A stretch of 64,000 nt of DNA from Tubiluchus corallicola. Taxonomy: Eukaryota; Animalia; Priapulida. The stretch covers positions 124,001-188,000 of the forward strand of contig JAQGDQ010000418.1 in the NCBI GenBank assembly GCA_030141605.1, in the 5' to 3' direction. The notes under the pieces were generated by a model. It was not told where the DNA came from, made no database searches, and worked only from the letters and a program-made list of their open reading frames with translations. Below are positions 12,600-25,934 of this stretch, piece by piece; within the stretch, counting starts at the first letter, position 1, and every line of letters begins with the position of its first letter. A program made the position numbers and the translations under genes.

Positions 12600-14980
12600 C
12601 TCGTCTTTTCTGCGATACCAAATGCAGATCCATATCCGTAGCTATTTTTGCAACAAATACGGATGCGTGCTTTTTGTGGCATTTACAAAACATACGGATT
12701 TTGACATACGGCATTTGACCATGTGCCCTGCACATCATTGAAAAGTACATGCCCACTTCATGAAGATGGTGATATGGCATTATACAGCCTATAGCCGTAC
12801 CGTTTTTCTTCGGTACCATTTTTCTTCATGATATAATAGTTACACTGTAAATATTAGTTAGTCTCCTTTTATTGTCTTGCAAATTGTTAGCTTTGATTTA
12901 ATGCTGTGTGTTGCACAAGCTACCAATTAATGGTTTGTTTGCTTTATTTTGTTTATTGTTACAAAAAACTTTAGTATTTTGTTGTGTAGTAGGCCTGTTA
13001 GCAAGAGCTTAAATCTTAGTGTGTTATGAATTTCTTAGAGTGTTGTAATATGATGACCTACCAGCCTGTATTTTTTCTATAGACTGTTGTGAATGTCATA
13101 ACCTACTAACTGTATTTTTCCTTAGTTTGAGTTGTGATTTATTGACTTGTCGAACATAGCAAAATTTTTATTCTTTATGTGATATGCAGTAAATCCAATT
13201 TATTAGGGTTGCTGAACCGTTACATGCACCTGTTGTCAGGTATGCTATGAATATTATAACATGCCACTGTTACTTGCTTAGTTTATTATTTTGTTTGTCA
13301 TTGTAAACATTTTAAAGCATCTTTATGTGAGCCAGGTCCCACATTAATTATCTCATTATTTGATATCCCATTACTTTGCTTATCAAAGCTCTAGTACAAT
13401 CAATGACTGCCATACTCCAATTCAATTTTTGTAGTGTTTTATACGTCGTTTCATTTCTATTAAAAAATAAAAAGGCTATTTTATAAATTTGCATTTAACT
13501 AAAGGTTGCAATAAGTATAATTACGTTCGATTGTCACTTTAATCCACTTTATATTGAGTTAAAACATCAAGTTACTTCACTTTCTCTTAGATTCCTCGGG
13601 GTTAAAGGTTTGAATAGGCCGAGACTTATAATGTGTAATGTATAAAGTTAGTTCCATAAAACTAGTTGATGAAAACTAGTTAATTCACTGATTAGAAAGC
13701 AGTAATTTCTGTTTGTGAATTAAAACCTAAATTTTGTATCCTATATGCCAAAAAACAGTTACAAAACTCCTTACTGAACTATTTCGACCACTTACAGACC
13801 TCAAATGCCTATTGCCCCAACATACGGGACACTTATTGCTGTAGTTATGTGTTTAATTATGCTGTATGTAAAGTGTTTGTTTGAAGTGCTTTTGACCGAT
13901 GACCCTGTCAAAAAAATATTTTGCACTGTGAGTGTAGAATGCTCATTTAGTAATGATGTAAAGCACTTTGATACTTCAAAAATAAAGTTTTAGAATTTTG
14001 CATTTTGTAAAAAAATGTTCTAACTGAATAATTAAATTCTAATAATTTTGCCACTATGCAGACAATGGCTCACTGTTGATGCGATTTCCTTAGAGTTACA
14101 TGTAAAGTAGCAGAACTCCAGTAAAAAAACATTTTATAATTATTAAAATTTAAAACGGGCATGCACAGTGATAGGATATTTACATTCTTTTTAAAGGTAT
14201 TTATCAGTAGATATATTAACTAACATCAAGGAAGTACCCTAAAACGTATGTAATCTGTTACATTACTAAATGTTCAAGCGCTAACAATGCTAATTAGTGA
14301 GAGAAAACTGTTACAATGGGAAGACACATATGTATTCAATTGACAATATAAACATATTCATATCACAAAAAAATTAAAAGTTCAGGGTAATATAAGAAAA
14401 AAGTTTTTTTAATCTAATCCTGTTGTTTTCCGTATGCAAACGGGGGATAAACGCTTCTTTCATACCAAAAATAGGCAAACACTATGTTTACACTATAGTA
14501 ATAAAGCATGACTCGCCCGATGTAATATGACGGAGTGTTGTGCGCATTCACACGTGTGTCCTATCTAGGGATTACGTAGTAATATAGAAATCTATGAAGT
14601 TATTCAATTTCACTCAATCCCCGGATCTTGCGGATGCGGACATTTAGAATTGTGGATTTTGAGGTTGTGGATAAACAAGAAAATGATATATTGCCCCTCT
14701 CGGACGGCAAACCGTATTTCTCGTCAATATCTTTCGCGGTACGGTGATCCGTATTTTCTCGTTAATATCGTTTGCCAAATGGATCGATCCATATTTTCTA
14801 GTGAATGCTTTCGAGACACGGATCCGAACCTTTAGTAACTGCCTTAATGGAAATGCGTGGCTTGCTTTGCCTGAAAGATGTGGTGCCAGTGTAAATGTCA
14901 CAAAAAGCACGGATCCGTATTTGTGGCAAAAATAGCTACGAATACGGATCCGTATTCGGTATCACAGAAAAAACATGCTG
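12600..14980 (+). mobile_element. Decayed hAT-like DNA transposon (about 2.4 kb)
   Basis: About 80-bp imperfect inverted repeats (12605-12686 vs 14891-14972), many subterminal acggatccg/atacgg motifs at both ends, internal CTVSVECSFS (about 13922-13951) resembling the hAT dimerisation motif S.ER.FS; TSD not found. Confidence 0.6.
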
Positions 14981-15230
14981 TAGTCTGTACAGCAAAGATT
15001 AACCAACAAAATGTTTGAACAATATAACATGAGCCTTCAAAAACGCACATATAACTGGACAACGTTGTTCTTGGCTAGCTGCTCAGTGGAAAACAATAAC
15101 TTGTTATTGTTATTACCCAAAGTTTATTATTACGCTCTTTAAACTTTTCATTAGAAACAACAATATCAGTTTTAGAGATTCAGACATTAGCAATAAGGGA
15201 AATCTGCATCCAGTTATTCGTGGTCGACGT

Positions 15231-15971
15231 TGTTGGGAGCCGAGTGGACCACTGCGCCAAGTAGACCAATTGGTCTACTTGGGCTGCCCAAGTAGGACAC
15301 TAGAGACAGGTCGCGAATTGAGTCGTTAAGTGTACTGACACCGTCCGTTGTGCTTGTTTATGTAATAATAATAATTAAAAACGTTAGTACACGTTGAATA
15401 ATTTATTATACATCTAATAAAATAAAAGAATTTTATTCTGAGCTGGTAGAACGGACAATATTAAATTTGGTTTCGATATTAATGTTGTTGAAGTGAAAAA
15501 ACCACTTTTTTGCGAATACAAAATTTGTTTAAGGTATATCATTTTTGATTTTGTCTCACTTCACAAACAGGTGATCCGTTTCACTACCTCTTAGGCAAAT
15601 AAATGTTTTCTTATAAGTAAACGTTCTAGCAATCTATGTGTCCTACATCGGCTAGCGAGCCATGTAGGACAGTGCCCTACATGTTACAATACTACTGATA
15701 ATATTAAAACTAATTATCCTTGCTTTTCTTAAATGTTAAAAAATACTTTTTGGTGTTGTGAAGGCTTAGCAGCATCTGTCTTATTTTTAAATTTGCAATT
15801 ATTTCTGTAAATAATAAAATGAAGAAAGTTTCACAGAATTTTCAAAAATTTGACAAAATTACCGATTCTCGGCAAAAATCGCTAGTGTCCTACTTGGGCT
15901 GCCCATGTAGGACACTACTTTTAGCGCATCAAGTGGTCTACTTGGCGCAGTGGTCCACTCGGCTCCCAACA
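15231..15971. mobile_element. 741-bp MITE with TGT...ACA termini and 5-bp TSD GACGT (Ginger2/TDD-like)
   Basis: Perfect 38-bp TIR tgttgggagccgagtggaccactgcgccaagtagacca; gacgt at 15226-15230 and 15972-15976. Confidence 0.8.
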
Positions 15972-16430
15972 GACGTAATTGATATGACAACCCGTATCGG
16001 ATGTTTGAAGCAGGGAAGAAGATGTCAAAGTGTTTCCAGTTTTTCACAAAGTCAAAAAAGAAACGGGTGCCAAAAGGACTAAACGCAAAAGTTAATTGAG
16101 TGGGTTGTTGTTTCCACGGTGTCACGTTATCTGATCCAGACAGGCACTAAGACACTGTCCATGTGCGAGACACTGGGTTTAGTGGATCACACTAAAACTA
16201 GTAAAAGCATTGTTGCCTTCCTGCTTATTGTTACGGATTAATACTTAATACTAAGACAATTACAGTATTCAGATCTATAAAATGAACTTTTAATTTTAGC
16301 GCATTTAGTGATACTAATGTTGATGCATTTATATAGTATAAGTGTGATACCATAGTTACTGTGCCTAAAGCCTAAAGGAGTATTTTTATTACTAAAACAA
16401 CTAGATATTAAGCTGTCTGTTATACTTATA

Positions 16431-16720
16431 CAAGGCCGGGATTTTCCCGTAGGCAGCCTAGGCCCTCTCAAAATTTGGTAACATATGATAGAAAATCCTT
16501 TTTTCACTACGGTTGTGTTGAAATACGTACTAATTTAGTTTACAATAAATAGTTTAATACTATAATAGTGCTATTTCTTAAAGAATACTGTTTATACACA
16601 CAAAAAATAGCTATTCTAGTTTATCTAAAGAATTTAACGAGTTAAAGAGTAGTTCCATGTGAGGGAGCTCCATAATTTCATTAGCCTAGGGCCTCCAAAA
16701 GGTCTTATTATAAGGCCCTG
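16431..16720. mobile_element. Small hAT-like MITE relic (CAGGGCC-type ends); related ends near 25448-25494 and 45920-45970
   Basis: caaggccgg...gcctagg at left and gcctagggcc...ggccctg at right; no TSD. Confidence 0.4.
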
Positions 16721-16863
16721 TGTCTTAAGAGATACTTAAGACACTATCGTAAATTATCTTTTCTTCCAATTTCAGATTTTAAACGATAAATTCATCGTGT
16801 CACTTACACTGATGTAGGATCTCATTGCTTCAATGCGAGCTTTACTAATATTGATGCTGCAGA

Positions 16864-17289
16864 ATGTTCCGACGCCCACACTTGCTGTGCACACGACTAA
16901 TGCTTCTAGGCTTGGCCATCTCCGTTATAGTTGTAATATATCTGTCGACTCAACAAGCATGTGTAAGTGACAGTGGTGAACGTCCGAGGTTGCCAAAAAC
17001 CTCGCAAAGTAAGTAGTACTAAATTAACCTTTTCATTGCGGAAGTTGGCACACTACGGCCTACATTTTTCATGTAAGAGACGGAAGGCGGTAAACTAGCG
17101 CCGAAGCTTAGCACTAAGCTCATTCACTCGTGTCTGTTTATTTCACTGTTATGGCATGTAAAAAGATTGTGGAAAAGTTTAACAGCTGTCAGATTTGTTT
17201 TTTTTACAACAAGTAGCGCTAACCAGCCAATCAGCGTCTGAAGTCAGGTGTATTTCACAATACTGTACTGCTTGGTACTATTCTTAGAG

Positions 17290-17324
<35 letters not shown>

Positions 17325-20300
17325 TATATCTTGTTGATGGCTGGTGAAGCATATGTTTAGTGGCTTGTTCTACATTTCTTATAAAATTGTTGCATAATAT
17401 GAATTAGTATTATGACTTCTGTGAAAATTGGTTTCTAAATATAAGTACATGTTTATTTGTGAAGGTTTGCACGTGTGTGTGTGTGTGTGCATGCGTGCAT
17501 GCGTGCGTGTCTGTATACATGTGTGCACATGTGTATAAATAAAATTAACATTCAATGTTTGTGTTTAATAACAGACGGCTCTCTGTTTTAGTAACACAGC
17601 ACAAGAAGTTATTATCAATTGTGCAAAATGCAATATGGCCCAGTTGAAAAGCTGCTTAAGCAACTAGGTAGTGCAAGTGTTAAGATGTATTTACCTTGGT
17701 TTTTGATATGTTTTTCGTTTAGCTATTTTGGGTTTATAAACTGAATGATATTAACTATACATAGGTGAAACTGTTACTAAGGAGCTCACTATTGCTGCTG
17801 ATAGAGGGAGGCACGCACTTGCCTTGATTGTTCCTTTTCGGGAACGGTTTGACGATCTGCTTAGATTCTTACCGTATATGACAAAGTTCCTCAACAGACA
17901 GCAAATCGTGTATCACTTCTACATTATTAACCAGGTGGACAAGTACAGGTGCTGACACACTTTGATTTTTCCTGATTAGTATATGACCATATATTTACAT
18001 TTCTGTCAATGCACTTTTTAAACAGGCATCTGTCTGAATAGAATGATGTTCCTATAGCAACGATTAAAAACTATAAAAAACTTTGAAACATTAGAAAAGT
18101 TAAATTATTTATTTAAATGATTTTAGAATACTCAATTAACCCATTCTGTGTGTATATAACTACTATGTAGTCCTTTCTGCAGTATATTTTTGCTAGTATA
18201 GTCTTCGATTAATTTAGATAATGTAATAATAGTAATGTTTTTTCTGTTACTTTTGTGAAGTAACATGTTACCATATTTTGTTTACTGTAAATCAAAGGTA
18301 AATTGTTTCTAGTGTTACTTTATGTTTAAACAGAAAGGCAGTTATGTGTTTCGTCATTCTGTGGCAACCAGGGCTTCTTTTGCAACAGCGTTTTACAGAG
18401 TTAGCTAGCACCTTCGTTATTGAAGTTGCTAAATAAACGTGACTACAAAGGCTAACCTGTTTCCTGTTTACATAAAAATGAACTTCGCAACAAACAAAAA
18501 CATCAACGACGATGTAAACAACCACGTACTTCTATTAAAACGATTCGATTTGTAATTTTGAACATCATCTGCTTTCACCTTCCAGCCATTAATATAAACA
18601 TGAAAGAATACTATTACATTACAAAGTACATAAAGGAAGACAGGATGATTTTTTATATACTACCTCATTTTCGAGTCCAATAAAAAGTACACACTTTAAC
18701 ATAATTAATGCTACAAAAGCGTTTCTGATAATCAAATAATAGATTAAAATCTTAATTAACGACAGGCGAGGCCACCTATTGATGACATCACAAACTAACA
18801 ATTTTCGATGGCAAAAATATTCCACGAGCGGGTTGTACATGTTTGCGAAAGTGAAAATTGAAGTACATCATTACTATAAGATATTCAGTGTGTTGTACTA
18901 AAACTAGGCAAGTTTTAAGATAAAAATTCAAATTTCAAATTTACTGCTGTGCGTACGCATGAACTGTCAAATGTCTGTAGTTTGTCACAAACTAACACAC
19001 CTGAATTGAGAGGTACACCACCTGTTTTTTGCGCAACGCTTTCCGAAATGCAGACGCTAGTGCCCGATTTAACTGGCGCATGGCGAAATGCATATAACAG
19101 CGAAGAACTAGTGGCGCAAATGTGAAATTCTGTTTGTGTGGTAAAATGCTGTTTGTGTGGTAATAATTCTTTTACGTAAGTCATTCTTTAAAAATTGCAT
19201 GTTGCCTTTCAATATTTTAAAGAGTAGATTGTTTTAACCTACAGTTTAACATTGGGTCCGGTTTTGCTTTAAATACGCACTGTGTAAAGTATATGCGGCA
19301 TTATTAAATTCATTTTTTTATAATTTATGGACCGCAAATTGTGCAGAATGTGCGACTGTGGTTGCATTTGACCTTCTTATTTTTATTCTACATCTTTATC
19401 GTAATTTTGTTGCAGGTTTAACAGAGCTTCCCTGATCAATGTTGGCGCCATCTACAGCAGAAACTTCTGTGATTACATGGCAATACATGACGTCGACCTG
19501 TTACCGCTTAATCAAAATCTCAGCTATGCATATCCGTCAGAGGGGCCACTTCACTTAGTGCCAGCGCATCTGCATCCAAAGTATTACTGGTACGAGAAGT
19601 ATGCCGGTGGGGTTCTTCTGATAACCCATGAGCATTTTCAGAAGGTAGGATATCCATTTCAGCTTTCCCATCACTATTTTTACACTGATCGAGCATCACA
19701 TGATGCTTGTACCGGATGCATGACGCTAACGGACGCATTGTAGGAACATCATAGCGTCTGTTAGCGTCATGATCGTGATAGCGTTTTCTGCCATTGGGGT
19801 TATCACAAATGGCATCCGTTAGCATCATGATCGTGATAGCGTCTTTTGGCTTAGGGGTTATCACAAATAGCACCTTTTAGCGTCATGATCATGATAACAT
19901 CTTCTGGCATGGGGTTATCACAAATAGCATCTGTTAGCGTCACTGATTGTGGTAGCATCTTCTGGCATGGGAGTTATCGCAAATTGTGTCTGTTAGCGTC
20001 ACTGATTGTGGTAGCATCTTCTGGCATGGGAGTTATCGCAAATTGTGTCTGTTAGCGTCATGATTGTGATAGCATGTTCTGGCATGGGAGTTATCGCAAA
20101 TAGTGTCCATTAGCGTCATGATTGTGATAGCATCTTCTAGCATTGGGGTTATCACAAATAGTGTAACATCTAGAACTGAAACATTATCACTGCTTTATTA
20201 TTTGTGTTTCGCTCTCCAATTTGATTTTCAATTTTCTTTTCAACTAATCAACTAACGAAGTTCATCTCATGGTGAACTCTTCTTCAGTATTAATGCTTTT

Positions 20301-23300
20301 TAGTTTGCATTTGAAGTTTTGCATGTATGGAAAACGGGTCGCATATAGGTGTAACCTAGAATCACTGCAGTAAACTTTTGAAACTCAGTTTGGTGCCATT
20401 AAAATTTTCATAAATTGTAGATTCATTCACCAGTTTTTCATTGTTATAGTTGTTGTAATTGCTATTGTTTTTTTAGTAAATTTTCAAAAATACTGAGGCG
20501 TTTTTGAAACTTCTGATATATTTTGTTTCACAGGTAAACGGCATGTCTAATAAATTCTGGGGATGGGGTTTAGAAGACGACGAATTCAAATTACGACTTG
20601 CGGAGGCAAAATTAAGTGTGAGTGATATTGAATTTATCATATCAACTGTACCTTTACTGGAAACTGATTTCATTGTGTTCACTAATGTGCAATTTAGTTC
20701 AATTAGCAGCCGTGACTTCGCCCTGGTCACAGTCCTCGTTGCTTCAATTTTTTGCAGACAATGATTCACCAAAGAGTTTAATACTGTTTACTATCATTTA
20801 TCTTTTCAACTAATTAATAGTTTATTCTATTATTAGCCCATTATTTTTATTATTAATGTTTTTCTATGATTCATGTGGCTGATAAGCCTATCGTAACAAA
20901 TTCTCATAAAGCACACGGCAGATTCTATTTTTTTGTTTAATAAATAACAATTTCTATTACATTTCAAGTAGAAAAGTGTTTATTTACATGCATTTGATAG
21001 CAGTACAGTGACTAAGCTTGTCAGTTACTGACCAGGCTACATATGGTCAGTGATCATTATTTTTCCTTTATTTTCAAATTTTGTTTGACAGCTACGTCAG
21101 CCTGAAGGCATAATCAGTGGAAGAAACAACACTTTCATGCACTTACATGGTGACGATGACTACGACCGCGATATGCTGAGAACAGCTGAACAGAAAAAGG
21201 TATAAATATTGAAAATTTAGTGTAGTGAACTGATACACCAAAGAGTGTTAATCTGTCAGCCTACTAGTCTCTAGGGTTGCTATGACTCTGCACTGTTGTT
21301 AAATAGCTGATCTGTTTGTGTTTGGTGTTTGCTAGTTGATTCTTATAAACATCACAAATGAATATTTTTTATCTTTGTTTTACAAATTTTATATTATAGC
21401 GGCATACTTGTTCCAAAATCTTAAAGCAGTGCGCAGCTTGCTGTAAAATAAGATGCTGCTATTAAGTACCATCTTATTGTGGACTTTTGTACTGGTTCTC
21501 TTACACAATCGTTTTGTAGTACATTGCGTTGCTAAAAATACACTGAACTGCAGATTTGGAGTTCAAGTCTGTTCATTTTAAGATAAAATGTGCTTTTCTG
21601 TTTGGACTGGTCCAACCATAATACTTTGATAAGAGATGTGAACGATAAGAGATAACCTTTTCCAATTAGCCAAACTTTGAAGCAGTTTGAAGTTTGCGTC
21701 ACCAGAGACAGAGTGCATGAAAGACAGAGTGCATGAGTGTTTACTGAGAGACTGCCCGAAAGTCACTGCCCTTGTGTCAGCTTTTTTGTTACCTTTTTTA
21801 ACAGCAAAATGCCTCACTGAATCATTAAGCTTATTTAATTAGGTGACATTCATGAGGTACAGCTTGATACGAGCAGTTACTAAGTCAATCTCCTAGTGGC
21901 GATAGTTTGCAGAAAATGAGAAGCAGGAAATACTTAAAAAACGGGAAATCAATCGCCCTATAACAACCAAAATATATAAAAATCCAATTTCAAGTTATCT
22001 TTGTGGGAGATCAATGTTTAGTGGACCTATTTGATTGGAATTGGCAGAATTTCTTAGCAATGTGGTTCTTAATTGATTATATAGATTATGCAGACGGCGT
22101 TCTTTTTTTCTTGGTGACACAGCAAAGTAAAAGTATGGGGGTTAAGGTAAAACTTTGTTTAGATTTGTTTAAACTTTCAGTTAACATAGATGATGAATAT
22201 CAGCATTGTTTTCGTACAGTTGGGGTATTAGCCCTAACTGATGGCAACATGTTGTGGCAAAAATGTAAAGTGATTCCAACTGTTCAACTACCTTTCAGAA
22301 CAGTCGACGAGATCGGACGACTGGCTTCGATACAGTGCAGTACACGATACATTCGACTAAAAAACTTGTTGTGGAGGGTTCAGAATGCACAGTGGTTAAT
22401 GTAGAACTACATTGCGACTTAAATTATACGTCGTGGTGCCAACTGCCAAATTCTGTAAAAGGTGAGAAAAATGATTTGTAAGGAAAGTGTTTGCTAATTA
22501 TGGAAATAAAATTGTTTAATGCTGTCGTAAGGTTATTTCTGCATTTTATTTTTTTCATAGGAACGTATTTTTGTTTTTTGTGTGCTTAGCTTTCGTGCGT
22601 TCGTACACTCGTTTTCGAATTCTGCAAAATAAGTCAACAGTAAAAAGTAATAACAGCATAGTATTCATTGTATAGGCGTTTTTCACACAGAGCTGGACAT
22701 AATTCGCAAGGCGTAAGCCTTGAGAAGAAAAGCACGCCTTGTGAAAAATGAACGCGTGCTAATAATCAATAGTCCCTGTCACACTGATAATTATAATCCA
22801 TTTGCCGTGTTCCATCTGCTGCAGTTAGCCTACCATAAGCCGTCAGCCATAATCTTGCTTCTCATCAGACTTTGTGAGTGACTCATAAGGAGCCTTATTG
22901 CAAATGAATTTGACCATTAACTTCAGGCATTTTGGGTCATCTCTAACGTCGTAATTAGCATGTTTGTGGTTTTTACAGTGCACAATTCATTTACATCATA
23001 AGAATTCATAACAGAAAGGCCTCACAAACATTAAAAAGTAATTTTTAGGAAAAACATTTCACTGATACTGAAATTAGATACCTGTATTCCGAAAACGGAT
23101 TATGGCAAAACACCTTACTATTTACACAGGGTAAGAAGCATACCATGAATTATGATATATGTCTTATGAAAGACCGTTTATGGAAGAACCTACCTAGAAT
23201 GCAGAGGTGGACGGTGTCCAGAATTGGCTCTTGGCCTTGTTGTAAACCATGTGCAGCTTAGAAATAAATTCAAGATGGCAGACATCTGTTTTTCAGGTCT

Positions 23301-23469
23301 TCTGAAGATTCGCAAGCAGCCGTTAGAACACCAGAGAGACTGGCTTCAGATGCAGCTGCTGAATATTGAAAGGATGATCGTTGCTAAGCAACAGAATGAG
23401 ATAAATGGTGTTGCTGACGATAAAAAATCAAAAACTTTAGAATCAAATGATGCAACAAAAAGGAGCTGA
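16864..23469 (+). CDS. B4GALT7: Beta-1,4-galactosyltransferase 7 (xylosylprotein 4-beta-galactosyltransferase); exons 16864-17008, 17765-17948, 19416-19644, 20534-20617, 21092-21199, 22299-22461, 23297-23469 (1086 nt, 361 aa)
   Basis: Type II TM N-terminus (MFRRPHLLCTRLMLLGLAISVIVVIYLS), then LALIVPFRERF, FNRASLINVG, HDVDLLP (DxD), NGMSNKFWGWGLEDDEF, FMHLH, LHCDLNYTSWC; all junctions GT-AG and phase-consistent. Last exon less certain (read-through of the 22461 donor stops a few codons later). Confidence 0.93.
18631..19272 (+). mobile_element. Kolobok-like non-autonomous DNA transposon family A (in B4GALT7 intron)
   Basis: Ends aggaagacagg...ccggttttgct|ttaa; homologous inverted copies at 39080-39772, 47979-48575, 59840-60130. 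Confidence 0.65.
19690..20165. repeat. About 58-60-bp minisatellite, about 8 copies, intronic
   Basis: gttagcgtcatgattgtgatagcatcttctggcatggg.gttatc.caaat repeated. Confidence 0.9.
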
Positions 23470-24799
23470 CATCTGTGAAAGGGTTATTTTAGAAGTTAAC
23501 AGTATTTTTCGTTAGGACCAGTTTGAATGTCTAGTCACCTGTGAGTGTCTTGTCCAACTTGGTTACTGTGTGTATCATGTTTGTACTGATATTGCTAATT
23601 TTCGTGCTTTTTTTAATACATTTTGTGGCAATCATAAAGCTTGTATGTTATATTGATGGTTATAGCCATAAACTGCCACATGTTTTATTACAAGACATTG
23701 CTGGACAATGTTCTAGATGATAAGTATTTGATAGAATCGTGATTTTTAATAAGATTATCAGCTTATGAACCAAGATTTAGCTTTACGTAGATTATGATTT
23801 GTGGTCAGTACCTTTTGTTTTTAGTTTAACTTTTCAAAAGTATTTTAGAGAGGCAATATTTTATGACATTGTAGTATGAATAGGATGCTGTCCGTGTTTA
23901 AGACCAGCATTACAAATAGTGGAATGACTCAAGTGTTTTTTAAAGTAGCATTGTATTAAGTTAATTATTTAGTACTTCTATGCTTGCATTTCTGTCTGAT
24001 AAACACACGAAAGCAATACTATAATAAAAAGTCTGAAAAATTTTGTAATTTTTTCTATAATTTTTACTATTGCAAACAACAAAATTTGCTGATGTCGAAA
24101 ACAAAGTGATAAATATTCACTAATTGTTTGGACATGATGGGGATAGTTAGACTGGTGCTGAAATTTTGCCTCAGATTTAAAGGAACCTAATATTTATTTT
24201 CAAACCCAAATAAATATGAAATTACTGTTGCTACTTTCTGCATTGTTACAATGTGTAAATGAAGAAACCAAGAACAAGGTAATACGTGCATAAATATGAC
24301 TGATATTTCACATTCCAAAATTTACAATGTTTACATGAGATGATTTATGTTAGTAAATTATATTAGTAAAGTATAGATATTTTGGCTTAAGCTGCATCAA
24401 AATGGTAAACAGCTTACATAAGTTTTAGGTATATAAATTAATTCATGGCACGATGATAAAAATGGACAAAATAGTTTTTACATTATAAAAAAAACATTTG
24501 TGATATAGTATAACTCAATCATACCTTTATACTAAGACTACGGAATATGCTTGATAAAAAACTTCTGGAAATAACATAGCACTAGGCAACCCTCTATGTT
24601 AAGTCATCTCAATACAGATTGCCCAGAAAATATGTAGACATCTTCTTCTTCGTCGTCATAATGCTTTAATTTCATCAAATTGAAAGCTCTAATGCATGGC
24701 TGTGCTCTCAGCTTGTGGATGTTGTGCTAGCATGAAAGTTCATCCACTGCAAATAAAAAACAGTTTACAGTGATGCATAATAAAAGAGGTAGTAATATC

Positions 24800-25225
24800 C
24801 CCAAGCTCCTCAGGGTAGGGGCGCCACACCCTACACTGCATTCAGCATGCGGTGGAATACCTTAATCCAGTTTAGATCGAGTGAATAAGTTGAGAGTGCC
24901 AAGCTGGACTGTTGACTCTGGAAGGTGTTTCCATTCCCTTGCTGGTAAAAACAGTATATGTGATAATTGCAAGAAGAATATGGTATGTTGTATGCAAATG
25001 AAATTTCCGTACGTGAAGGAATAGTGTGGCATTGTGGCTGGAGAGGCATGTCGGCAGCTATCAGGTGGTTGTGAATTTTTGTAGAACATGACGAACCTAG
25101 CCATCTAGCGTCGCTTGGCTAGTGGGCACCAATGAAGCTGTGACGTCATGGCAGTCACACTTGATGTTATCCTATAGTGGTTCAAGGTAAACCTTACAGC
25201 ACTTCTCTGAACTTATTCCAACTTT
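24800..25225 (-). mobile_element. CR1/L2-clade LINE ORF2 3' fragment (pseudogenised)
   Basis: KLE*VQRSAVRFTLNHYRITSSVTAMTSQLHW...RR*MARFVMFYK-IHNHL...YHIYCF..REWKHLPESTVQ matches the typical CR1-type ORF2 C-terminus with stops and frameshifts. Confidence 0.75.
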
Positions 25226-25934
25226 GTTACTAAACCGACATTAAAAGAAGCCTATTTGGAACGAGTATAGACACGTTTGCCTTTTTATTTTTATGGATTA
25301 GTGTAATTATGACTTTGATTAATTGCCACTAGTACAACGTTAATGTTACTAACATCTAATTAGAGATGACTGATTGGGTGACCGTATGCTCTTTCCCTCA
25401 CCTCGGCTCATATCTGTATTATATGCACTAACCGTGACTAACAGAACCAGAGGCAGATTAATCATTAGGCTAATTAGGTGATAGCCTTAGGCCCTAACAC
25501 ACACACACACACTGTATGAGTTTGTATTTTTAGTGGATAGATGGGGCTAGCGGGTGGAGAGCGTTAAACAATAATCAACTGATAGTCGAATACACATGTG
25601 AACAACAAGTAATGACTACTGTATTTACAAAATCCATCGCTTTATCATATGTGTAGTCTACGTTTTAAATAAAAGCGAAGTTAAAACACTTCATGTATGC
25701 TGTATAGTGTTTATCAATTATTGGTATGCACTTTTGAATTAAAGGTGAGATGACACGTTTTATAAACTATTGAGTTTCCTTGAGGAAGTGGCTTCTAGAA
25801 GGCAGAGAAGTGGTCCAAAAATACAGCAAAATGTATTGTTGTCCGCGTGGACTCGCTGGGGAGCTTACATCGTTCCGCCAGACCCCCTAACTTTTCTGTT
25901 GCGCCCACCGTTGTTCTGAACCTGTATCCGCCCC

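Noticed and set aside
20250-20290. Hammerhead on minus strand (CTGAAGA plus hairpin gagttca/tgaactt)
   Set aside because: No GAAA after stem II
22003-22404. 133-aa ORF
   Set aside because: Overlaps the B4GALT7 exon 22299-22461 in a different frame; the rest is intron
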